NCBI GenBank assembly: GCA_964019335.1
Contig: OZ025659.1
Coordinates: forward strand, 757,063-821,062
DNA from: Diplonema japonicum
Taxonomy: Eukaryota > Protista > Euglenozoa: Diplonemea
DNA: 64,000 bases
Reading direction: 5' to 3'
Made by a program: the position numbers and the translations under genes. Each line of letters begins with the position of its first letter. Positions within the stretch are counted from its first letter, which is position 1. Positions 44,099-55,480 of this stretch are shown one piece after another. The notes beneath the pieces were generated by a model that had not been told where the DNA came from, searched no databases, and worked only from the letters and a program-made list of their open reading frames with translations.

Positions 44099-47000
44099 AC
44101 TCTTCTTTTTTAAAATCCACTAACTCAAACGCATAATTCACGTTGTTAACTTGGTAAAACCGCACTTCGCATTTCCGCAATAGGTACACAGAGTGCGTCC
44201 TGTCCTCGAAATCAACCAAAGAAGAAGGACCGTCTGGACTTTTTTAGGGCGAACCGACGGTCGGGCAAGGCCGCCGTTCATGCGCTAGCTGAAGAACACC
44301 GAGCGGTCTGGAGGACAAATTCTCGCACACAAAACTAGCGACGGCCGGGGTCGTCGAAGCGGAGAGGGAGTGGACTCCAGAAACCATGATACGAGTATGC
44401 AGGCACGTACCGAGGAGCCTAAAACCGCGGAGGAGCTCGGGGATCACATGCGTTTTGTCCGGTTCGCCCTCATCCTCGACTTCGACAACACGTGGATCAT
44501 GGCCAAGCTTGACTTGGAAGGCTGGAAGGCGAAGAGGGACGTCGATAGACGACAACAGTACACGCGGCCTGGAAATAGGAGAGCCTTAAAGGATCACTAC
44601 TCCATGGCGACTGACTGGCTGTTCTTCTCGACGCTGCAATGGCACAACATCAGTTACTCCCGCCGTTTACCCGCGCTTGTGTTGTTCAAGCAACTTCTCA
44701 AGCTGCTTCTGAGCAGTTCATACTTTTTTAAATCCAGCGATGCATTGAGAGCACCCATGCATCCAAGGGGAAAATTCAGTCCTGGATGGTAGGCTCGAAT
44801 CCAGACCCAGTGGTCTTTTCACTTTCGGAGGGCACAACACCGACCCCCCCCTTTTGGAAGGATAGAGAAAATCAGCCGGGATGTGTAGGCAGCATCCTGA
44901 AACACCCAGCTTTGGGGGGGCAAGCGACGATGTGGAACTGGGTCGTTCCTGTGTGGGGATCGGAGGCGCAGTGTGCTGTGCTGATGTTCTGTCCTGGTTA
45001 GTCCGGTGTGCTCAGTGCAGGCTTGTCGCAAGACTCGTCGACACAGAGCTTGAAGAGGGACGAACCGGGCCAGGCTGGCCATCAGAGCAGCTCCTAGTTC
45101 CCGCAACGGACAGTTCCAGGATAGCAGAACTGAGCAGTGCCTGTGTCTCTGCCACTCAGACTACCTGAACCGCATCGCCCATCTTTTTTGCTTGCTTGCT
45201 TTTTTATATTGGTGAGAGTGGTTCAGCTACCGCCGCGCATTTCAGTTCCGCGAAGTTGCGAATGTTGGGGACGCTGCCGAGAAGCGAGAAGTCCGAGATC
45301 ACAGCGCCGTGGCATGGACAAGCTTCCCCAAAGACATTCCGGAGGCAGAAGTCTGCATCACGGGACAAGCGGGCCCTAGTCTCTAGAAAGACTCCAGCTG
45401 CAGCCGAGCCCCAGCAACAACCAAGGAGGGCGCTCGACGACAACGGAGAGGTACAGATCTCAACAACGGCCACTACCAAGCAGTTGCTAGGAAGATCATG
45501 CACACCTCCTCCGGACTGACGGTGGGCGTCGTACTTTCGTGCAAAGGAATTTTGCTACTTTGTTCTTTTTGGTCTTCGTTATGTCTATCCTGATCGGACG
45601 TTTTCCCTGTGGTTTCTGGGCAAAAACAGCAGGGACAGCCACTTTGCTGTGCTCTCTCGTGTTTGGCTTTGGGTGCCTCGTTCCACAACAATTAAAACTG
45701 TGGAACAAATAGCTAACATCACCAATACGATACGGTGCACCGTGCATGTAGTTACTGATGTCTTTAGCCCGTACAAAAAGAAAATTCTTGAGTTTCCAGA
45801 TTTTACAGGTGCATATGAGCTCAGGAGCACACCGGAGGGTGTATTTGCTACGTGCGCATCCACGAGCAAGAAAGAACTAAAGTACATCATCAAACTCGAT
45901 GCAGACAGGGCAGAGAAAAGGCCCCCAGTCTGTGAATCTCGTGATGAGTATGAGGACGTTCCTGATAGCCTTCCAGGACTTGAAAAACGAGAAAGAATAG
46001 TACGGGTTTGCGGAAGTAACCAAATTACAAAAATACTCGACACCCCCCATGACAAGCCCAAAGCACCAAGTACACCTACGAATGAGCCTCTTAAAACCCC
46101 CCAAAATGCAGTAGAAGGCCTAATAGTATGAAAAAGAAACGAGATCGCCCACCCAGCAGCAGTGCATCTCAGCCGCAGAAGATTAGGAAATGAAGGTTTC
46201 CACTTCCAACATCATTTCAGCCACCTTCTAGTAGTGAGTTCCGCTATTTCTTGCTATTGAAAGCATACTCTCTGACTTTACCAAAACCACTAAAACCCGA
46301 TTTTGACCCTAAAACTGAATTTTTCATAGGTCAAAAGCACTCTCGAGCGATTTCTGACCCGGGTTCTTTCCTCATATGGGCCGGGGAATATAGAGAATCT
46401 TTTTTTAAAGGGGGTGGCATGCCCAAAGATGCAACGAAAGTGTCAATTGGCCTCATTTTTTTTGGGGGGGGTTTGAAATCAACCCATATTAAAATCAGTC
46501 CAAGTCACGAAGTACATGTGGAGTCGCCCTCACAGAAGAGCCTTTTATGCACATCTTACTTGAGCAGACGTCAGACATGATATATCGACCAAATGATAAT
46601 AATACAAAGATCCTTTCTTCATACGGAATTAAGGGCACTAGTAAACAAGGGTGTTACAAGAAGTGTGCGGCTTTGCAGGAGGAAAGGTGGGGAGCTTGAG
46701 GCTGTACATTAGTGAGTACGCGACGTGTGGTTGTCTGCTGGTCAGAGGATGGGACATCCGTATCAGTAATCCATCTTTCGATAGGTCTTGAAATCGAAGG
46801 GTGACATGCAGATTACGCCTACGCTGGCGGTTTGTGTTACGGTACAATAGTAATAGGCCAATTTTTGCTCGGTTCAGTTGTGGGGCAACTTGTATTGTAG
46901 GAGACTTCAAAATACCAGGGAGGAGCGAGTGGCCGCGCCAGGTTTGAGAAGGCCTGATTAGAGATGGTGACAGTGGCAATGCCAGCGACAGCAGCAGCTC

Positions 47001-47136
47001 TTAGTCAACAAAAGGGGGGGGCAACTTGTATTGTAACCTTTGTTTCCCCTCTCTTGTTGTACCCCTTGTTTCCTTTATGTACCTCGTGGTGAAGTAACTT
47101 CAGTGTGTCGTGAAATAATAACTATTTATATAACTC

Positions 47137-47846
47137 GAGCCGGGTTTTCAAGGGTGGGAGTGAAAATAATATTTTACATTATGTCACTCCCAGCTTTATT
47201 TTCACTCCCAGTTTACCTTGAATTAGGCCCAGGAGTGAAATAATGTTCGAGCGTGAAATAATGTAACATTATTCCACTCCTGGGCCTAATTTCACCTATT
47301 TCACCTATTTTTACAATGGGAAGCCGAAGGCAAAAGGCGAAGGGTACAAAGGCAGAGGCGTCGAAGATCATGAACGTTAGCTTGCCATGAAAAGCACCAG
47401 CACTTACGAAGCAGAGTGGCACCGCTTTTGCTCTTTTCACAACTTCAGAACAACAAGATCGAAAAGCCCGATGGAAGACGAGTTAGTATTGTATTTCCAA
47501 GATATGAAGGACAATTTGGGCAAGTTACAGCAAGATCAACGCCATCATCCAACGAAACTTCGGTAAAAAAATGCAGAGCTTTCCCAGGGTTGCACTGCTT
47601 TTGAAGCGCTTTGAAGAAGGCCATGAGGTGAAAAAAGCTTCGGTGTTCAGTCAGGAACAAATGAAAGAGTATCTGGCAATGAAAATCAGCGACCCCTACA
47701 ACATAGTGTGTCAGGCATATGCAGCTTGCATGTTTGCAGAACAAAAGAGTCGCACAAACTGAAATTTAGCGACTACACCCTGTAACCCAAATCCCACTTT
47801 TCACCTGTTGTAACCCTGTAACCTCCCACCCTTTCAAACCCGGCTC
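47137..47846 (+). mobile_element. Internally deleted tyrosine-recombinase (Crypton-like) element with 24-bp inverted repeats
   Basis: IRs 47137-47160 and 47823-47846 (2 mismatches); broken ORF 47316-47762 with KKASVFSQEQMKEYL. Confidence 0.55.
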
Positions 47847-48114
47847 TTGTCATCAGTAAAGTCATTACTTGTTGGCAGTAAATAGCATTAGTATCCCTCT
47901 GCAGAAAGTAACTGAAGAAAAAGGAGGGGTTTATGGTACGATCTGTTATAATCTGACGATTATGCTGGAGCGAGGTCGGTATTGTCTTCCTATAATCCAT
48001 GCAGATGTGTCACCACGCAGGCCCTTTTGGGTATCACCTCTTAAAACTTTTTTTTTTTTTTTTTTCAAAATACCAATGCAGGGCCGCCATGGAGAGCAAC
48101 ACCTGAGAAAAGGG

Positions 48115-51100
48115 AAAAAAGGTGAAGGGAAACCATGGGGAAATAGGGAGGGCAAAGGACCAGGCTTCTGCAAGCAGGAGGAGCCCTGGTCCCCCACCAA
48201 CCCGTGCTCTGCTTTGGGACAGCCGAAGAGGGCTGAATTACATTATTCCCCAGTCAAGTGAGAGAAAAACGGGGGCCTACCTTCCAGCTGGATGTCCTTC
48301 TTTGGCTGGAACCTCCGGCGGAAAGCCCCCCCAGGGAGGTATTGCTCCTATTGAGCGAATCATTGGTGAGTGTGAAAAAAAAGGGGAAATGGGAAACAGT
48401 GAGAGGAAGAGGGGAAGGAAGGGAAAGGAAAGTGGGAAACACAACATTTCATCTTACACACACACGCGGGGTGATCCCTTAGCGCAACACGGGGGTCGCG
48501 GGACCGGCGTCAAGAGAGACCGGAGGAGGGGGCGGCACGTTTGAAGGTGCAGTGACGTCTGTAGACGCCAGGGATGATGGCGAGGTGAACAGTCCGGAGC
48601 GTGACCAGGCGAGCAGGCCAGACTCAACAATGAGGTCGTAGATCTGGGTCACGCGTCTCGACAGGGAGAACGCTAGGGAGGGAGTACCAGCAGGAGTGTC
48701 GATCGCCCCCCTCCCGATCACAGGGCACCCACCGACAACATGCTCCCTGGACATCGGCGCGTGGCAGGCTGGGCACCGGAGCACACCCTTGTGCTTCCTG
48801 TTCGGGCCAGCAGTCTGCAGGAAGCCGAAGAAGAGAGCCGAGTGACCAATCCGCAGCCGCGAGATGACCGTTTCAGCCTGTCTGGGGAAGCCAAGGGGGA
48901 AGTGCGCGGACCGAAGCTCGGTCGCCACCGCGTAGTTGTGGGCGAGGGATGTTATGAGCTCCGCGGACCTCCGCACCACCCACCGTCGCACCATGGCCCT
49001 CACTGATCGGTAGTCAAGGGAGGGCCTGTCCTGCTTCCGCTTCGTTCCCTCCCCGGCCAGAGCGTCAGCCTTCTCGTTCCCGTCCACCCACAGTGGGAGG
49101 GCACAAACTGGAGGACCACCGGTGTCCCCTGCGTGCGCGCCGCGGACACCAGCCGGCTCCACGTCTGGTGGTCGAGCTTCTCCCTCTGTCGCGTTGGGCC
49201 AGCTCGCAGCTGCTCGACGAAGGAGAGGGAGTCGGTGCAGATCGACAGCGGGGACTTCGCCAGCGAAGGGTGTGTTTTTCGGAGGGTGGCCACCATATCC
49301 AGCGCCGTTTTCACAGCCATGCCCTGCCCGAAAAGATGAACAGAAGTCGTTGACGCCATGGCACACAGACACAGGGGTCAGGGGGGGAGGCAGCTGCAGA
49401 TAAACCCCAGAGCCACCTTTCGCCTTCTGTCCGACCTGCACAACCGAGCCATCCGTGTAGGCATGGATGCCCGGGGGGAGGGCCGCAAGAGCAGCCTCGG
49501 CCGCCTTCCGCCTGTCCGCGTCTGGCGACGATCGCGTGACCCCGCCGGGAAGGTCAGTCCTGAAGTCGACCATGCCTGTCTGCCACGGGGCCGCCAGGGG
49601 CGTAGCCGACAGGTACTCGAAGTGCACCTTTGGTTCCAACCCGCATCGACGCAGTGCTTGGTAGCCAGAGCGCAGCCACCCACACCCCAGCCTGTTCGCC
49701 TGCTTCAGCTTGACCGTCTCCCTGTGAACCGGGGAGGACTGCCAGCAGAAGGCCTTCGCCGTCATCGTCGCCGCAGCACCCTCCGCCATTCTTTCGAGGG
49801 GAAGCAGTCCTGCCTCAGCTAGGAGCTTGTACCCTCCGGAGCCACTCCAGCAGCCCGTGATCAGCACCGCCGCCTCCTGGTGAAGCCCAGCCAGGTCCTT
49901 CCTCCCGACATCATCGAGCCTGCTGTAGTAGACCCCCATGCAGTAGCGCAGCAGTGGGAGGATGTACGTAACGTAGAGAGACCGCAGAGTGTCCCTCTTG
50001 CTGCCCCAGGACGTGCCAGACAAGAGCTTCGGCACCCTCAGCCTTTTGCTGGCCCGCCGTAGGATGTCCTGTGCGTGTTCACCGAACGTGAGCCCAGAGT
50101 CCACCGTAACCCCAAGGTACCTCGCGTGTTCAGACAGAGGCAGGGGACGGGCCGCAACGTAATCCACGTCGGGCCGTCGCACGGCTGCATGCATGTCCCG
50201 CACGCAGCGGATCCGCACACCACCCGCCTCCACAACCTGAAGGCCCGCCAGCTCCTGGTCCCCGGAGATCGTGCCATCGGCGTTCACCCCCAGGCCGAAG
50301 AGCGGGTTCTGGAAGGCACCTGGCTGAGGGGACTCGAGACGAAGTGAAGTAGACCCCGAGACGTTTCTGGGGGGGGACGCAGACTGCCTGCGTCTTGGAC
50401 GTGCTCAGCAGCATGTCACGCTCCCTGCACCAGTCCTCAACCGCATCCACCACTGCCTGCGCCTTCCGCTCCAGCCCAGCCACGTCCCCTTGTCCAGAGG
50501 AGATCACGACTGCCACGTCGTCGGCGTAGAGCACCGAGACGTCCGCCAGTCCCTCCAGTCTCCTGGCGAGTTCGTCGACGTAGATGGTGTACAGGATGGG
50601 ACCCAAGACAGAGCCCTGGGGGACACCCCGTCGCACCTTCGTCGTCGACCCCCTCGACCGTCCAATCGTGACCGCAGCAGTACGGCCGCATAGAAAGGAC
50701 CGCGTCCACTCCACGAAGGGTTCGGGGAGACCCTTCCCTCGCATCTTGTCCAGCAGGGCACCATGGGGCACCAGGTCGAAGGCAGAAGAGAAGTCGAACA
50801 GCAGTGCGGCCGAGAGACGTCGATCGTCTTTGTTCCTCGACATGCACTCAGTGAGGGTTGCCACCTGCTCCTCCGTGGAGCGGCCGCGTCTGAAACCAGC
50901 CTGGCTGTCGTGGAGTCCCTCGACTCCCGTCCCGTCCGCGTCAAGAAGAAACGTGAGCCTCTCCTCGATCATCCTCTCCAGCAGCTTGCAGAGGCAGCTG
51001 GTCAGGCAGATCGCCCGGTAGGAAGCCAAGAGAGTCGCATCTTTTCCAGGTTTCGGTACCGGGACGATCACTCCCTTCTTCCAGGCGCCGGGGACGACAC

Positions 51101-51125
51101 CCATCAGCCAGGAGCGATTGAGGAG
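48115..51125 (-). mobile_element. 5'-truncated Ingi/I-group non-LTR retrotransposon (RT + RNase H), frameshifted
   Basis: KPGKD..YRAICLTS, QAGFR, GVPQGSVLGP, YADD; RNase H AYTDGS, TDSLS, FVPSHCG, GNEKAD; flanking direct repeats 48042-48114 and 51126-51205. Confidence 0.93.
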
Positions 51126-52114
51126 TAAAACTTTTTTTTTTTTTTTTTTTTTTTTTCAAAATACCAATGCAGGGCCGCCATGGAGAGCAACACCTGAGAA
51201 AAGGGTTTATTTGATTAAAACTTTTTTTTTAATAATAATAAATATTCCGCTAGGCGGGAGGATCGAAGGGGAGTAGAGAAAACCATTCAAGGGGAAAGGG
51301 ACATCACTTCAAACCAAGAGAGGTGTTTGAAAGTGATTCGTGAAAAGCAGTCTCTGTTACTGAGCCATTGGTCGAGGGGTCCTGGTCCGCTGCTCCCTGT
51401 AGTAAATTACTTGGACCCCCTCACCACGCTCTTTTCATAATAAAATAAAACCGATCCCACCCACCAGGCAGCACCTGGGTCTCGAGGCATTAGCCGCCTC
51501 TAGCAACAAGAGACGACCTCCCAGATTTTAAGAACTTTGGAGGAGTTTCTTGGGCTACATTGTGAAAAATTAAGGCAGCTGACTGTGAAACCCCACCGTC
51601 TGCTGGACTTGTTGGGCTTTCAGGGGCCAAAATAATAAAAATAAATAAATCTGGAGGTATTTTTTTGGAATTAAAAAGATGAAGAAACAAAGAATCTTCA
51701 ATGTGTGTGTGTTTGTTTCACAAGCTGTAAGTGACCAGGTTGCACATTCTCCACCATAAAAGGATGGAGGCAAACGAAAGTTGCAATCATCGCTGTGCTC
51801 ATGCGGTGCAAGCCTGGCCTCTGTCATCATCCAGCTTTGGTCTTGTGCCGAAGTAAGTAATCTCCAACACGAATATACTCAAAAACAGATCCTGTGTAGA
51901 GTACAGTCTTGCCCTTCGTGAGCCCATCAAACCAATAATGGAATATAAGAACCCTTCGTTTAATACCGAAAATTATGCTGCAGGAAAGGTCTTGAAAAGT
52001 GAAAAGGTGTAACAACTTGGAATCGAACCAGTAACACTAAATTTTAATCCTTCTCTATCAATTCCTTTTGTATTTTGCCTTTTTTCAAGCAATGACAAGA
52101 TTAAGGAGTTGCTC

Positions 52115-52478
52115 GGTTCAATTTCACGTTTCTTTGGGTTTCCTTTGTTGTAATCGAAAATGTGTGCATAACCTGTGGCAAAGATCTTGGGTTGGGATTT
52201 CTGATAAGATAGCCTTCCTTGTTTCTTGGGAAGGTACATACCTGATTGGTGTCTGGCCTGATCAAGTAGGGTGCCGACATATCAACGGTCCTTGCATTGC
52301 ACTTCGCTTGGAACGTTGGTAGGGGCTGGGCTTGCCTGGCTTCCACAATGAAATTTTTGGTAGCGGTGGTGCTGCGCTTGCGCAAACCCACCTTTCTTTT
52401 TTTTGTTTTGTTTTTCTCAAACATTTGACGTTGCCCAGCCTCCTGGGATGCGTTATAACATGTGAGTAAGAAAATGAG
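52115..52478 (+). repeat. 364-bp duplicated U1 cassette, copy 2
   Basis: Direct repeat of 41821-42184. Confidence 0.95.
52234..52393 (+). ncRNA. U1: U1 snRNA, second copy
   Basis: Same sequence as 41940-42099. Confidence 0.9.
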
Positions 52479-54674
52479 GTTTCTTTTTTGTTTTGTTTTT
52501 CTCCCTAAACATGACCATGCTAAGCTCGCTGCTGGAAGTGGCCTGCGCGATCTCTTCGATAAGGTCCGAGTCCACTGACACCACGCGGCCGCCAGCAGGC
52601 TTCGTGATTGTCTTGATGAACTCCACCTTGTCGCGTTTGTCGCTGCTCAGGTTCATTGAGTCAACCGCCTGGCCAGCAAGTTCCTTGAGGAAACCAGATG
52701 ACAGACGAGCCCGATATCCCACGGACGAGGCGGGAGGGCTCCTTCTCGGGCTTGGGCCGGCAATTCACGCACCGCTCCTTGTTCCCCGCCGTGAACAGCA
52801 CGCTGCACCCTCCGCAGATCGCGAAACCCATCGCCTTCGTTCTCTGGCGTGAGCTCTCCGGCGTGGGTCTTCGACAGGTGGTACTGCAAGCCCGCCTTCG
52901 ACGAGTGCTCTTTCTTACCTTCTCATACAGCAGGCACTCCCACACTCCGACGGTCCTCCGGGCTGCAACAGCTGGAGGGCGGGACCGCACCCCTTCTCCT
53001 TGCGGGCTTCCCTTTCCCTCCTCTTCTCGATCCTTCTCTGGCGGTGCAGCCTCCTCAGCTCCCTGTCAGCGATTTCCCTAGCCTTCTCCCTGGCCTGGGC
53101 CCTCTCCCCGCGTCGCCTTTGGAGGGTGGCCTCGCTACGGTGTCTCCTCCTCCGGCCCTTCGTCACCGTCTGCCTCGTCTTCCGGGGTCCCGGGGCTAAC
53201 CAGGGTACTCCCCTCCTTTCCTCCCCTGCGGGGCGCGCTCCGGCTTCCATCTTTCCTCCTGGGCCACCGCCCCCACCACCCCCTGGAGGGTGGTGGAAAC
53301 GGGGGCCAGGACCCCCCTCCTGTTAGTGAGTGTGGGTGTGTTTTTTTGTTTATTTTCCACCCTCAAAAAAAGTCCCGGACCCATTCGGATCCGGGTGTAA
53401 AGGGGGGGTGACAATGGGGGGGCCGAAGGGGCGCTACCCTCTCTAGGGAGAGCACCCTTCTCTTTTTTCTTCTTATCCTCCTTCTGGGAAGAAACAAAGG
53501 GGGGGGAATCCACTTGGGGGGGGTTTTGCAAGGGGGGGATTTACAAGAGGGGGGACAGATAAACCATAAATAGAAGAAGCAGAGGAAGGGGCGCTACCCT
53601 CTCTCGGGAGTGCACCCTTCCCTTTTTTTTTTTCTTATCCTCCTCCTGGGAGGGAACAAAGGGGGGGGGATCTACAAGGGGGGGGTTTACAAGGGGGGAA
53701 TTTACAAGAGGGGGGACAGATAAACAAGAGAAAGAAGAACAAGAAGAAGCGGAGGAAGGGGGGGAAGGGGAGCCTCCCTCTCTCGGGGACACCTCCTTCG
53801 CACTCTCTTTCCTTCTCCCCACAAAAACAGTATTTTTTTTTTTCTATTTCCTCCACAGAGGACACAGAGGGGGAGGGGAGGGGTACGGGGCAGCCAACCG
53901 TCCGCAGGGTGATCGACACCCTGGAGCCCGAAGAACACCCATCGGGGATGTGGTGGGTCCATTCATAGCGGGCCTCACCCTCCAGAACGGCCCAGGTGAA
54001 GGGAGGCACCAGTTACTTTGATACCCTGGACCCCTTCTTCAGGACCATCGTGGTCTCTGCGCCGTACGAGAGGATGAGGACCACTGGTCCCAACCTTACG
54101 TCGTCGGTGTGGTGGGCGATTCCACACCCAGGCTCGTATCGATTTACGAGCACCTGGTCTGGGGTGATCCCCAGCCCCGCTGCGGTGGCCACCTCCGCCA
54201 CCCAACCCCTGGCCCCCTCTGGGATCGGGGTGGTGCGGCGCACTTTGGCACGGGCACCCACCCACCTGAAACCAAATTGGAGGGTTTCCCTCCCTTTGTT
54301 CCCCGAAATGGACTCCCACCCCCCCGAGAGCAAGGTCTCTGGGTGGGTGGGGGCCGGGCCTGTTCTTAAGCCCGGGGGTGGTCCCCTCCCGTGAGCACCC
54401 ACCCTCCTTCTTTCTTTTTTTCCCCCCTCTCAGTCTTCAGGCGGGTGGCGGTGGCGGCTGCGGAATCGGGAGCGGGCGCGCTGGTTGCGGGTGGTTCTAT
54501 TTTTTTATGTTTTTTATTATTTTTAACGTCATCTAGAGGGGATCTAAGGGGAGGGGAGGGGTCATACTGCCCGGCCAGATTTCGGTCTGGTCGGGTGGTC
54601 GGCTTGGTCGGCGTCTCTCGTAGGCGTTCCTCCTGCGGGCGGCGGTCTCCGACGACGTTTCGTCTAGGGTCCAT
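52479..54674 (-). pseudogene. Degenerate ORF with AlkB-like 2OG-Fe(II) dioxygenase and zinc-finger remnants; probable 5' part of a retroelement
   Basis: DQVLVNRYEPGCGIAHHTD...YEWTHHI...RVSITLR with in-frame TAA at 54013-54015; later SSKAGLQYHLSKTH and CGGC..CVNC. Confidence 0.75.
53426..53724. repeat. Imperfect tandem duplication of about 155 bp
   Basis: GAAGGGGCGCTACCCTCTCT...ATTTACAAGAGGGGGGACAGATAAAC occurs twice. Confidence 0.8.
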
Positions 54675-54814
54675 TTTTATTTTTTTTTTTTTGTGTTGAG
54701 GGGGGAGGGGATCCTTTGCTAAACGGCAGGCGGGCCGGGCCGAAACAACCCCCCCAGACGACGACGAACGGACACCGAGCGGACGCAGCAGGCACCAACA
54801 AAAACACAGACGAC

Positions 54815-54830
54815 CAATAAAGTACAGAAA
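54815..54830 (-). other. Relict spliced leader (SL nt 24-39)
   Basis: TTTCTGTACTTTATTG directly after the full SL. Confidence 0.92.
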
Positions 54831-54869
54831 CAATAAAGTACAGAAACTGTAGCTTTAGAATCGTTGGTT
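54831..54869 (-). ncRNA. Spliced-leader exon (39 nt), lacking the SL intron
   Basis: AACCAACGATTCTAAAGCTACAGTTTCTGTACTTTATTG, with the euglenozoan SL core CAGTTTCTGTACTTTATTG. Confidence 0.95.
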
Positions 54870-55187
54870 TTTTGGCAAATAACAATGGACCCACCCGTGC
54901 GAAACTAGGGGGAAGAAACTAAAGGGAGGAGGATATCGGGGTGCACGGCGGAGTGAACAAGGGACGGGAAAGGCTTTTTTTATTTACTTTCATTCTTTCT
55001 CGTTCACTGGGAACCAAGGAGAGGTAGGGGGGGGAAAAAGGTGAAAAGAAGTTCAAGAAAGTTGGGGGGGGGAGGGCTATCAAAACTTGAGAGGAAGAGA
55101 TGGAGGGGGGAAAAAGAAAAAAGAAAATTAAAAAGAAAGAAAAAAAAAGTTTTCTTTTTCCTAAACCACCCTCGGAATAGGTTCTTT

Positions 55188-55224
<37 letters not shown>

Positions 55225-55480
55225 CTAGAACCCACATCAAACAATCTTTTTCATTTTCTTTCTTTTAAACTTTTAAACTAGGAAGATTAAAAATCTTAAG
55301 ATAGAAAGAAAAATAAGAAAAAGAAACAACAAAAAAAATTAAAAATAAAACTGAAAATAAAACACAATTTAAAACTAAAATTAAAAATAAAAATAAAAAT
55401 AAAAATAAAAATAAAAATAAAAATAAGCTCGATGATTTAAAGGAAGCCGGTTGGGGCACCCTTTGAATAAAATAAATTAA

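Noticed and set aside
42350-46600. Short ORFs around U2 (42657, 44370, 45649 and others)
   Set aside because: Probably decayed TE or gene fragments; no family could be assigned
41821-52478. 364-bp direct repeats as LTRs of a 10-kb retrotransposon
   Set aside because: The repeats are U1 genes, lack TG..CA ends and enclose unrelated pieces
54013-54015. Stop-codon recoding in the AlkB frame
   Set aside because: TAA terminates normal genes here and the surrounding ORF has frameshifts, so decay is simpler
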